DNA of 64,000 bases from Tubiluchus corallicola. Its lineage: Eukaryota; Animalia; Priapulida. A model generated the notes under the pieces. That model had not been told where the DNA came from. It searched no databases and saw only the letters and a list, made by a program, of their open reading frames with translations. The translations under genes were made by a program, and so were the position numbers. Positions 1 through 10,625 of the stretch are shown one piece after another. The stretch spans positions 1 through 64,000 of the forward strand of contig JAQGDQ010000371.1 of assembly GCA_030141605.1 (NCBI GenBank), given 5' to 3'. Each line of letters begins with the position of its first letter. Position 1 is the stretch's first letter.

Positions 1-1287
1 ATTTATGAAAAAAATAACATGTTTTCTGAATGAAAGGTATGTTTGAAAGACTGCTTCTATACACAGGAAGTACTTACGGTACTAACTGTAGTATTTATGA
101 AAAAAAAACATGTTTTCTGAATGTAAGATATGTTCAAAAGACTGCTACTATACACAGAGAGTACTTACGGTACAAACTGAAGTATTTATGAAAAAAAACA
201 TGTTTTCTGAATGTAAGATATGTTCAAAAGACTGCTCCTATACACAGAAAGTACTTACGGTACTAACTGTAGTATTTATGAAAAAAATAACATGTTTTCT
301 GAATGCAAGGTATGTTTGAAAGACTGCTCCTATACACAGAAAGTACTTATGGTACAAACTGTAGTATTTATGAAAAAAATAACATATGTTTTCTGAATGC
401 AAGGTATGTTTGAAAGACTGCTTCTATACACAGAAAGTACTTACGGTACTAACTGTAGTATTTATGAAAAAAATAACATGTTTTCTGAATGTAAGACATG
501 TTCAAAACACTGCTCCTATACACAGAGAGTACTTACGGTACAAACTGAAGTATTTATGAAAAAAAACATGTTTTCTGAATGTAAGACATGTTCGAAAGAC
601 TGCTCCTATACACAGAAAGTACTTACGGTACTAACTGTAGTATTTATGAAAAAAATAACATGTTTTCTGAATGTAAGACATGTTCAAAACACTGCTCCTA
701 TACACGAGTACTTACGGTACAAACTGAAGTATTTATGAAAAAAACATGTTTTCTGAATGTAAGACATGTTCGAAAGACTGCTCCTACACAGAAAGTACTT
801 ACGGTACTAACTGTAGTATTTATGAAAAAAATAACATGTTTTCTGAATGCAAGACATGTTCAAAAGACTGCTACTATACACAGAGAGTACTTACGGTACA
901 AACTGAAGTATTTATGAAAAAAACATGTTTTCTGAATGTAAGACATGTTCGAAAGACTGCTCCTATACACAGAAAGTACTTACGGTACTAACTGTAGTAT
1001 TTATGAAAAAAATAACATGTTTTCTGAATGCAAGATATGTTCAAAAGACTGCTACTATACACAGAGAGTACTTACGGTACAAACTGAAGTATTTATGAAA
1101 AAAAACATGTTTTCTGAATGTAAGACATGTTCGAAAGACTGCTCCTATACACAGAAAGTACTTACGGTACTAACTGTAGTATTTATGAAAAAAATAACAT
1201 GTTTTCTGAATGCAAGGTATGTTTGAAAGACTGCTCCTATACACAGAAAGTACTTATGGTACAAACTGTAGTATTTATGAAAAAAAT
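1..1287. repeat. Tandem repeat, ~92-bp unit, ~14 copies, partly alternating A/B variants; runs off the left edge of the window
   Basis: Unit atttatgaaaaaaa(t)aacatgttttctgaatg...gtacttacggtac(t/a)aactg(t/a)agt restarts at 1, 93, 184 and onward. It generates the recurring 'MFSECK' ORFs. Confidence 0.97.
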
Positions 1288-1718
1288 CTGTATGAGTACA
1301 CACACTGACAGGGCATTGAATAATTAATTGCAAATGTCACAAAATGTTGATTTTTTTAAGTCAGTATATCCAAATAATATAATAAATTAAATGCCTATTT
1401 TAGCATAATTAAATCACACCCACGAAAAATTTCGAAAATAAGTTTACTAAGATTGCAAAACAATTTGTGGGTAAATTAAAAAATTTCGATACAAAAATGA
1501 TACCGAACTGCAACCGACTCACTGCTTTACCAAAAACGAACGTTTGTTTAGTCTTTTTTAGAAGTACATGTACTACGAAAATGTTAGGAGATGATTCCTA
1601 ATCCTAAAAGGTTGATGCCAAAAATCAAGTGCCCCGTTGAGGTGAGTAAATAGATGGGGAATGGGTACACAGAAGAGCTTGTAACAACGCCCTCTCCGGA
1701 TAAATGTCTGCATTATCC

Positions 1719-1739
1719 TCACACCAATGACAAAACATT
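1719..1739 (-). CDS. Probable terminal coding exon (NVLSLV*) of the minus-strand gene
   Basis: 62-bp intron 1801-1740 with GTAACA donor and ...ctcacaaagtttttttcctag acceptor; phase 0; reads AAT GTT TTG TCA TTG GTG TGA. Confidence 0.6.
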   Translation of the reverse strand, partial: NVLSLV

Positions 1740-1801
1740 CTAGGAAAAAACTTTGTGAGTTTTGTTGTTTTTATTATTACCTGATGATGATGTATTGTTA
1801 C

Positions 1802-2002
1802 CTGTGAGGCAAATTTGTTTTGAAGTAGTAGATTGTTGGCAACAGCCTGCTGAGCAAGCGCCGCCCCAATCTGGTTGATTTGTAGTCCAGGTAGCTGTTG
1901 CGGAGTTGAGGTCCTAATGGTTGTAGGTAACGATTGCTTTCCATTAATCGATGGCTTTGGAAATATGGGCATTTGGTCCAAATCTGAGGATTCCTCTGTG
2001 AC
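1802..2002 (-). CDS. Internal coding exon (67 codons, phase 0-0) of an unidentified low-complexity Q/A/S-rich protein: VTEESSDLDQMPIFPKPSINGKQSLPTTIRTSTPQQLPGLQINQIGAALAQQAVANNLLLQNKFASQ
   Basis: Acceptor cattttgcgatttag|GTC, donor CAG|gtaaca; 201 bp open frame; GC higher than the flanks; phase matches both neighbouring exons. Confidence 0.85.
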
Positions 2003-2024
2003 CTAAATCGCAAAATGTTACATT

Positions 2025-2710
2025 ATTCTTAAATGTTCATGGTGGACCTATAACAGACTTCTCAGTTCTGCCTTAGAACATAATATAAAATATATAAATT
2101 TACACATACGTTGAGCTTAAAGAACTACAATCAAACACGACGGAGTAATCACGCAAGTTAAAAGATACAGCTACAGTAAATAATTCTATAAATTTACACA
2201 TACGTTGAGCTTAAAGAACTACAATCAAACACGACAAAGTAATCACGCAAGCTAAAAGATACAGCTACAGTAAATAATTCTATAAATTTACACATACGTT
2301 GAGCTTAAAGAACTACATTCAAACACGACAAAGTAATCACGTAAGCTAAAAGATACAGCTACAGTAAAAAATTCTACAAATTTACACATACGTTGAGCTT
2401 AAAGAACTACATTCAAACACGACAAAGTAATTACGCAAGTTAAAAGATTCAGCTACAGTAAAAAATTACAATCGTAAAACGAGAAATAAAACCATAACTA
2501 CAGAACATTTATGGCTACATTTGAAAAGCATTTGTGGACAAATGGGTTTTCAGAGCCCTTTTAAAGTCAGTTAAATCTTTGCACAATTTTACAATTAATT
2601 GTATATTATTCCACATAGTTTGTACGGCATAAGAAAAAGCCCTAAAGGCTAAAGTCAAAAGTATCAGTGCAGGAAACTCGCGACAAATGTTGATTCGCTG
2701 ATCTTAACAT
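2025..2710 (-). mobile_element. 5'-truncated L2/CR1-group LINE (ORF2 C-terminus plus 3' UTR), intronic
   Basis: Minus strand ~2658-2515 translates to LTLAFRAFSYAVQTMWNNIQLIVKLCKDLTDFKRALKTHLSTNAFQM*, matching the RAFS...WNxL...FKxxLKTHLF end typical of L2-clade ORF2. Boundaries approximate. Confidence 0.75.
2095..2463. repeat. Minisatellite, 94-bp unit x ~4
   Basis: aaatttacacatacgttgagcttaaagaactaca...gatacagctacagtaaa restarts at 2095, 2189, 2283 and 2377. Confidence 0.95.
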
Positions 2711-3597
2711 GAGAGCTAGTATATATATATATAGTCTTGTAAATTGAGAATTCCAAAGCTATGCTATTATGTAAATAACAGTCAAGTAAATCTAAGATTT
2801 AAATATGGTTGTATTGTAGATCTAAACGAAAATGTAAAATTAAAGGCTAAAGGTTAAGAACTCATTTAAAGATTATGTTTTAAGATATCTATTATAGCTC
2901 CTTACAACACTGTATACTGTAATATAGTTACAAGGGAACTACAATGTGTGGTTATTATAAAGTTGAATGTCTGTAGATATGTTACTTTACTAACATCGCA
3001 TTACCTGTTTTACTAACATCTTTATCATTGTAAACCGTATATTTTTATACGAATAATAATAATAATAATATATATGTATATATCACTACTAAACACTACT
3101 GGATTTATGCAACAGCAAAGTTTTTGATGTTTTTTTGTACGTTGCTTAACTAACTGTGCCTAAATCGCATCAATTACAATCATTACAAAATTTTAAACGT
3201 GCTTAAAAGCACACGTGTTTAGGTAGCATTATGGATCATAACTTTGCCTGTACATTATATAATATAAGTTTATTTATTTTCACTCTGCGCCTAACAGTTA
3301 TAATAAAAATACAGATAATTTCACTGAAGTAAATATAAATATAAATGCAATATTATCCAGAAATTACAAAAGAGATTCTTATGCAGCATATACATGTGCA
3401 AATTACATTACAGAGTAATTTTGATGCATACAGTTTGAGCATTAGCAAGAGTATGTTGGCAACAATTACACGAAGGTTTTTAGAGTCGATCTTATAATCC
3501 TATAATACTATTTACAATTAGTATAATTTTGAGATTTTAGTATGATTAATTTTATAATGACTGTATATGTAATTGTAAGATATAACAGACTTTTTAA

Positions 3598-3674
3598 TTG
3601 TAAAGCGCATCGAGATCAAGTGATGTGATGTGCTATATAAATAATAAATTATTATTATTATTATTATTATTATT
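3598..3674 (+). mobile_element. L2-type 3' tail (LINE or SINE remnant)
   Basis: tgtaaagcgcatcgagatc...gtgctatataaat followed by (tat)n resembles the GTAAAGCGC...GCGCTATATAAAT stem-loop tail of L2 elements. Confidence 0.55.
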
Positions 3675-4089
3675 AAATACGTAAGCTGTGCAGTTATACT
3701 ACAGATACTAAATACAATGTTATGAACAGAAATTTGTTTTTGAAGGTTTGTGAAGGTTTTTGAATTCACTTTTAAATTTACATTAATGACTACTAAAGTC
3801 CTGATTATTAATGTTACAACAGAGTACAATCAGAGCAGCAAGCAGATGATTGATAATTATGAAAAATTCCACTAGGAAATACGCGTGTGTAAACAACACA
3901 GGTAAAAGGTGCACAGTAACCTATTCTCTTAACTTGTCCTGAACATGCATTACTACGTGAGACTGTCGCATTACATTGAGTGAACTTGTGGAACTTTAGA
4001 CACAATGCAAAACGACTTTTCCAGCAAAGCTTTTGGCAGTGTGAATTTTTATGCCCCCCCCCCCCAAATTCAGATATGGTAAACTCAAG

Positions 4090-4540
4090 TAGCATTGCTT
4101 CGGATATCCGTTTTGTATCCGAAAATGGTGATATTCGCGAGATTTTGCAGGTATTCGTATCCGATACTATCTGGTAGTTACAAAAATTTGATATTCGCAA
4201 ATATTCGTTATCCTGTTTTCGAATAATTTCACAGCCGAAAATAAAAAAATAAAATATTACCAAAAAACTTAAGGATTGTTTTAGCCTATGCTGGTGTTTT
4301 CAAGACGAATATTTTACACACATCTTTTGCCGTTTGTGTGTGGCAATATGGTGTATCTTTGGGATAGGTCCTTAAGATGATAGACTAAATGAAAACACCA
4401 AAAGTTTGCAAATATTCATTAATTTTTCATTGTCCGAACTGATCCGCATATTCGATCTGAGTTTAGCTAACCTATCTGGTTATAATCCTAATCCGGAAGT
4501 CAATTTAAGGAAATATTCGATGATATCCGGAACAACACTA
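4090..4540. mobile_element. Non-autonomous hAT-like MITE
   Basis: Imperfect TIRs tagcattgcttcggatatc / gatatccggaacaacacta; 8-bp TSD aactcaag (4082-4089) vs aacccaag (4541-4548); subterminal atccg/attcg motifs. Confidence 0.75.
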
Positions 4541-4632
4541 AACCCAAGTAAGTTTTGATCGGAAACATGACCACGTTGAGAATGATTTTAAAAAGCTCAA
4601 AAATGTTTCACAGTAATAACCAAGCCGCTCAC

Positions 4633-4745
4633 CATATGTAAGCCCTTTTCGTCATCTCTTTCATCGTCCGACATATCACTGATGCTGTCTTCTGCCGAAC
4701 TGCCATTTTGACTGTCTCGAGGTAGATCTCCTTTAATATGAGGTT
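4633..4745 (-). CDS. Internal coding exon (phase 1-0) of the same gene: xPHIKGDLPRDSQNGSSAEDSISDMSDDERDDEKGLHM
   Basis: Acceptor ctaaactttccatatgtcttacag|AA, donor ATG|gtgagc; open acidic/Ser-rich frame that joins the 2002-1802 exon in frame. Too short for the ORF track. Confidence 0.82.
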
Positions 4746-4839
4746 CTGTAAGACATATGGAAAGTTTAGCTACTTATAGGGTAAAAATAGCATGTAAGAT
4801 GAACAAGCAAACAAATCCATAAGAATGGCCTAATATCAG

Positions 4840-5315
4840 CAAATTTAGCACTCACAATATCATTGGGTGTGTCCTAACTAAGAAGTTGAGTAACCTGGTG
4901 CTAGACCAGTACCTCTTGATGCAGTGTGTTATGTCTAATGCTTAGAAAAACAAAGACTGTTGCATCAATTTTAAGACCTTACTTTCAAATCTGAACGTTA
5001 TTATGAAGTGGACAAACAAAAATTGAGCACTAGATGAAAGGATATTAGATGACTCCATCAGTTGATGCCTTGGTCATTAGGTCATAATGGTGTGGCAAGG
5101 AGTGCAAAACAATTACTGTTGACCTTCAGCAGAAACAAGGTCAAAATGCCACAAGAAAATTAATTTAGGTTTAAGAAAAATAACTTCCACCGCAAAGCAA
5201 TGAAAAAACAACGCAAAGCCTGTAAGAATGCCAGAATAACGAGTGACAAGTTTTGCACTGCACAACAGAAATTCGCATGCTATGTGGAAAATACCTTTTG
5301 TAGTGTTTTAGTAAA
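4840..5315. repeat. ~480-bp direct repeat, copy 1
   Basis: Colinear with 6315-6796 from ctcacaatatcattggg to ttttagtaaa, with scattered substitutions and small indels. Confidence 0.93.
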
Positions 5316-6314
5316 TGATCACAATTTAACAGAACAGGTGATTCCTAAATACATAGGAACGTATTTATAAACTACATCAGAAAAAGTGCTTTGCATTTTC
5401 AGCATTAAACTACTTAACAGTTAGCAGTACTGCCACAATATTTCATTTCTGCTGATGCAGCCATTACAGTTGCAGATAATGGCGATAAAAATGATGATTT
5501 GAACTTATGCCAAGTACCTCATACCTTACAGGTGGTAAAATTCTCACTATTCCAGTACACTTGACAAACAGCCTTCATGGACAAGAGAAAAACAATAGCA
5601 AAGGACAACAATGGATGATTGTTTAAAGGTTAGTAATACGTCACTGCATCAGGCAACAATGTAAATGTGACAATTACAACCTTTCAACACATAAGCAGTC
5701 AATGTGTTCACAGACACAAAAAACACACACTTTGCACAGAGATCCTTTCCGCAAATTCTTTCTTTAGTCAAACACAGCTCTTGCAATGACACCGAATATC
5801 ATCAAAATGGCAATCTTATACAATTGGTAAATCACACACTGGTCCGAAACCTAATTCACTGAGCTACAACCTTGTTCATATATCCAGCCTGCTTGGTCCT
5901 GCTTTTGCAGTTCCCCTCTTAAATCTGAACTCTTTCGGATAACACAGTTGACGTCTGCTCAGAATTACTAGTCAGATCAATATTCATGTATTTTCTCTCT
6001 TGAAGCAGCTTGGGTTTCTTGTGTGGATATATTAAACGTTTTTATTCAAACACGGACAGACAGTTTGCAACTGCGCCTGTGTAGAGACAGGCGACAGCCT
6101 CTGTAGTGAGGCCAGTGTTAACGTAATGCCACATAAGTTAACAATGGCTTTGTAAGCTTTGTCAATAAACTGGCCTATAGGGTTTTTATCTTAGATGCAA
6201 AATGTACGTATACAATAACGAAGAGAAACAACTGTTTCATTACTTTATCATTTTGATTCTGAACAAAAAGAAACCACAAATTTCCAACAGAACCCTGAAT
6301 TACTCAACAAACTC

Positions 6315-6796
6315 CAAATTGGAACTCACAATATCATTGGGGGTGTCTTAACTAAGAAGTTGAGTAACCTGCTGCTAGATCAGTACCTCTTGATGCAGTA
6401 TGTTATGCCTAATGCTTAGAAAAACGAAGACTGCAGCATCAATTTCAAGGTCTTACTTTCAATTCTGGACATTACTGTGTCCTACAATGTTAAGTGGACA
6501 AACAAAAATTGAGCACTAGATGGAAGGATATTAAATGACTCCATCACTTGGTGCATTGGGGTCATTAATAAAGGTGTGGCAAGGAGTACAAAACAATTAC
6601 TGTTCATCTTCAGCAGAAACAAGGTCAAAGTGCCACAACAAAATTAATTCAGGTTTAAGAAAAATAGCTTTCACAGCCTAACAATGAAAACAACGCAAAA
6701 GCTGTAAGAACGCCAGAATAATGAGTGACAAGTTTTGTACTGCACAATAGACATTCACATATTATGTGGAAAACACCTTTTGTGGCGTTTTAGTAA
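6315..6796. repeat. ~480-bp direct repeat, copy 2
   Basis: Colinear with 4840-5315. Confidence 0.93.
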
Positions 6797-7863
6797 AAAA
6801 AAACTATACAAGGAATATTCTTAACCTTGCAATGACCAATGGAAGCTTATATGTATTACAGCCTGAACAGGGCAAGTACATTGCAGTGTAGTATGCAGAC
6901 TGCAGACTGTGTGAGATAACTATACAGTCACACATCCCTAACTTCAACTTGTATTTGGATAGGTGAATGCTCAAGCAAGAGCTAATTGCATTACACCTTG
7001 CAGATCTAGAGTAAGGGTCGTTAAATGTCAGGCGACTTGTATGTGGCAAACAAGAGCAGGTAAAGGGCTTAATATATTTGACGGTGTGTCTGTCAGGCTC
7101 TGATATTCAAAAAAGAGAGAAAGAGAATACCAGTTAGCCATCTAGAGCTTAAAGTTTTTCAAATGAAGTTCGACTTGTGTCTGAGAAGTAAAAGAACTGT
7201 ACTTAACGCAGTAACTGACAGAAGTGAGAAGTGAAGTCACAAAACGAGCACGCACCCACGCACACACCTTCTGAAAAAGTCCAACCTCTGCTTTATTATT
7301 CATAACCGGAAGTAGCCCACTATAAATTATACGTTTAGCAGCTGACCAGGATTCATAAGAAATGAAATGAAGTGTCAATTGGCGCCAGGCTCATCATAAT
7401 TCTCAACTTTATATCCATATTTGCATTTTCGAAACAGTTTAACAACCTTCATGAATATTTATCGCTGAAGTGGCGAATTTTAAACACCTTTATGGCCTAG
7501 TCGTGCATAAACTAATTATTGCCATTTGAAGAAAACCAGGCGAAAGAAAACAGGTATCTACGGTGGCGCATTTACGCCAAAACTAAACTCTGCCTAACCC
7601 CGCAAACACTGCGTGTGTGTTGTTCAACTTTTCGAGAATTAATGAGGCTTTTATACCTGACGGATCACTAACGCTTGGTAAACAACATTTGCGTTTTTTG
7701 TTTAACACTTAAAACATGAAAATGTAAACAAGACGATGTAACAAACAAGAAGGATTAGTAAGCAGATCTGGTAAATAAGCCTGGCTTGTACATCTGTGTG
7801 TTTAGCATATGACTATCGTCCCGCAAAGCACAATTAGGTAGTCGGCAATGAAATTTTTTGATA

Positions 7864-8180
7864 CGTTTAGATGATCTTATATGTGAACAACTTTTGGATG
7901 TAACAAAAAAACGACTTTGTACGATCCAAAACCCAATAAAATTCTATAAAACAAAGTGTTCGGATCTTGAAATACTGAAAATGTGAATATGGAAGACAAT
8001 AAGAATCTTTAATTCCACTGTATTTACGGTTTTTTTGTCTTCCATATTTTCATTTTTAGTGCACTGGCAAAGGTTTTTGTAAAACCTGAAACCTCAGTTT
8101 TAAGTTTTAATGAATTTTATCAGATTTTTACAACAAACGTGTTTGCTAGAGCGTTTTTTTGTTCATCCAAATATCTAAAC
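7864..8180. mobile_element. Degenerate foldback/MITE-like inverted repeat
   Basis: Nested inverted matches: cgtttagat/atctaaacg, tttggatgtaacaaaaaaacg/cgtttttttgttcatccaaa, aatatggaagacaa/ttgtcttccatatt. Confidence 0.6.
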
Positions 8181-8387
8181 GCAGTGGCTGTGCACAGATA
8201 TTTTTCTGAAAAATATAATTGAGCCACTTTTTTTCAAAAAACCCACTGTGCCTACCAATAACAGCGGCACTCTTAGATTCATCAATAAGAATCAAAAGTC
8301 ATTTTATGATTTTAAACTGCTGAAGTGCATTGATCTGCTGCTGTAATTTATGCCATTGCCAAATCTGCTGCAGTGTGCATGGCTTGT

Positions 8388-8950
8388 AGTGATGATGATG
8401 ACGTTGGCGATGACGGTGACAAAGATGATAGTGATGATGATGATGATTGATGACAAAGATGATGATGATTACTACCATGATGACGACCACAATGATGATG
8501 ATGTCAGCGATGGTGATGATGATGATGATGATGATGATAATGGTGATGAAGATCTGTGATGATGACAATGACGATGATAATGACGAAGACAATGACAGTG
8601 ATGATGTTGATGATGATGATCAATGATGATGATGATGGTGATGACAGTGACAAAAATGATGGTGACCATCATGATGATGATGATAATGATGATGCCGACT
8701 ATGATGGTGACAGCGCCAACGATCATGATAATGATGATCGTGATGATGATGATAATGGTGATGAAGATCTGTGATGATGACAATGACGATGATAATGACA
8801 AAGACAATAACAGTGATGATGTTGATGATGATGATGATGATGATCAATGATGATGATGATGATGGTGATGACACTGATAATAATGATGAAGACGATGACA
8901 GTGATGATGTTGACGATGATGGTGACAAACATTGTGATGACTGTGATGCT
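8388..8950. repeat. Degenerate (GAT)n microsatellite with a longer internal duplication (~215 bp)
   Basis: GAT/GAC triplets throughout; block gataatggtgatgaagatctgtgatgatgacaatgacgatgataatgac occurs near 8536 and 8751. Confidence 0.95.
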
Positions 8951-9767
8951 GATCTCGAGGACGTGAACTAAAATGAACAATTAATTTGTCACATTAATTG
9001 GCCTAGTAATTAATTACCTTCAAGCTTCATTGCTTTTGTTTCCCCGACTTCTGCTTTTGATTCCATTTGGATTTAAGTTACTCTGAAAAAAAGCCACACT
9101 GGTTACTAAAACTTATAAAATACCAAAGCTGCACATTGCACATAACAGAAACAAGAACATTTTTCCTTGAAAGTTTACATCTCCAATCATAATTGGGTCT
9201 TTTCCCAGCAAAATAATGTTCATTTACTATTTCCAGGATTAGGAAGCGGAATTGAGGCACACAATCCACACTCCTCCATTTCTGAGAGTCATTTTTCAGG
9301 ACGTGGTTTAGCCCGAAATTACTCCAGTCGAAAACAGATTTTCAGTCTTGCAAAATTCGGGTAATAAATTTCTCTAACATACGTCAAAATTTGGCACAGA
9401 CGTCCCAGTCACGTCTGGTAGGCCCACTACCCACTCACCTACCCCACCCACTCACCTACACGCCCCCGAAAGACGTGTGCGAAAATATTTTAATTAACGT
9501 CCTCAGTTCACAAGCGCCGCCGAGAGAGGGAGCCCAGGAAAGTATTAAAATTAAAGCAAGCAAATAAATCTGTATAAATTATTCTGACAGCGGGATATTT
9601 CTACCGGCTTGAGAGCAATTTTACGCAATTATGTACGCTGACTGCTAAGGACGTTGTATCGTATCATATTTGTTCTGAATGCAGCGCATTGAATTCCGTG
9701 CAAAGAATGCATGTGCATAAACAGTCGTAAAAAGAACACGCAACACAATGGGCATCAAACTTGCATA

Positions 9768-9780
9768 AAGATGGCGGAAG
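9768..9780 (+). promoter_or_regulatory. YY1 motif AAGATGGCGG overlapping an ETS core CGGAAG
   Basis: Exact consensus match in a locally CpG-richer stretch (~9400-9800). Function unproven. Confidence 0.3.
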
Positions 9781-10054
9781 GGTGGGTTCGAAACACGTGC
9801 TCCCAGAACACTATAGAGCAAAGTTGGAGCTGCCTCAAATAGTAAACCAGATACACAAGTTTAATATGTAAAACGAAATGGCATAAAAATGATTTGTGTG
9901 AATTCCTACGTAGGACGTATAGAGGATAAGGAATTTCTGTCAAAATTGGAAAAAGGGGAGGTTTTCCCTTTTTTACAGTTAAATTTGAACATAGTTTTTG
10001 CTAACACCCCACGATAAACCGCTTTACTATTGTCGTTTTAGTGTAAAAGAATTG

Positions 10055-10625
10055 TTATGAATTTGAATTTATGAATTTATTCCACAGCAACATATCAACA
10101 TGCATACAAATTATTATTACATTATAAAATAAAATAAACGAGTCACTGTGAGGAGGAGGAAGGAGAATTATGCTTTCGAGTCCTCCCCCATATAAGTGGA
10201 ACAATTGACAATTAACATTACATGGTATTTTCATCAGTTATAACGTACATTAGAACAAAATAAGTTTTGTTAGCAACTTAAGATCAGGATGAGTAAAATT
10301 GTGAGTTAATTATACCGTTGTAGTAAGTAATTCTTTCATGCTTTTTTAAATTGATAAAGATTAAGAGTTTCAATTTCACGCGGAACTGACGACCATATTT
10401 TGATAGCATTATATTATGATGACTGTTTCATTATATTTGTTTTTGGAAGAGGGAGTACATAGTTTCCGACTGAATATCTTGTGTAATGATCATGTTGATT
10501 TGAAACTGGACTAAAGTATGACTGAAAAGCTGGTGGAAGTAGTGAATTATGATATTGATACATGAAATGAAGAAAAATACATGAAACATTTTTAGAATGT
10601 TTTAAATAAAAATGATCTTGCAATG
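10055..10625 (-). mobile_element. 5'-truncated LINE (L2/Daphne/CR1 group), ORF2 C-terminus plus 3' UTR
   Basis: ORF 10623-10414 reads FMYQYHNSLLPPAFQSYFSPVSNQHDHYTRYS...YVLPLPKTN, followed after a stop by AIKIWSSVP. This matches the FMY...LP..F..YF...H.Y.TR...W LINE tail. Ends in aataaa plus short repeats near 10060. Confidence 0.75.

Noticed and set aside
110-1327. Cys-rich ORFs (ECKICSKDC) resembling zinc-finger arrays; also CRISPR-like periodicity
   Set aside because: Translations of a ~92-bp satellite. The unit is not a multiple of 3, frames shift in variable A-runs, there are no His ligands, and there are no unique spacers or cas genes.
5740-5810. piggyBac C-terminal-like peptide (ELCLTKERIC) on the minus strand
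   Set aside because: Only a few residues in broken frames; insufficient without a homology search.
7268-7320. Minus-strand exon candidate ending AAG|gtgtgt
   Set aside because: It has a stop codon in the frame required to join the phase-1 acceptor at 4745.
8299-8980. Poly-D/H/M/S/I ORFs
   Set aside because: Products of a (GAT)n microsatellite open in several frames on both strands.
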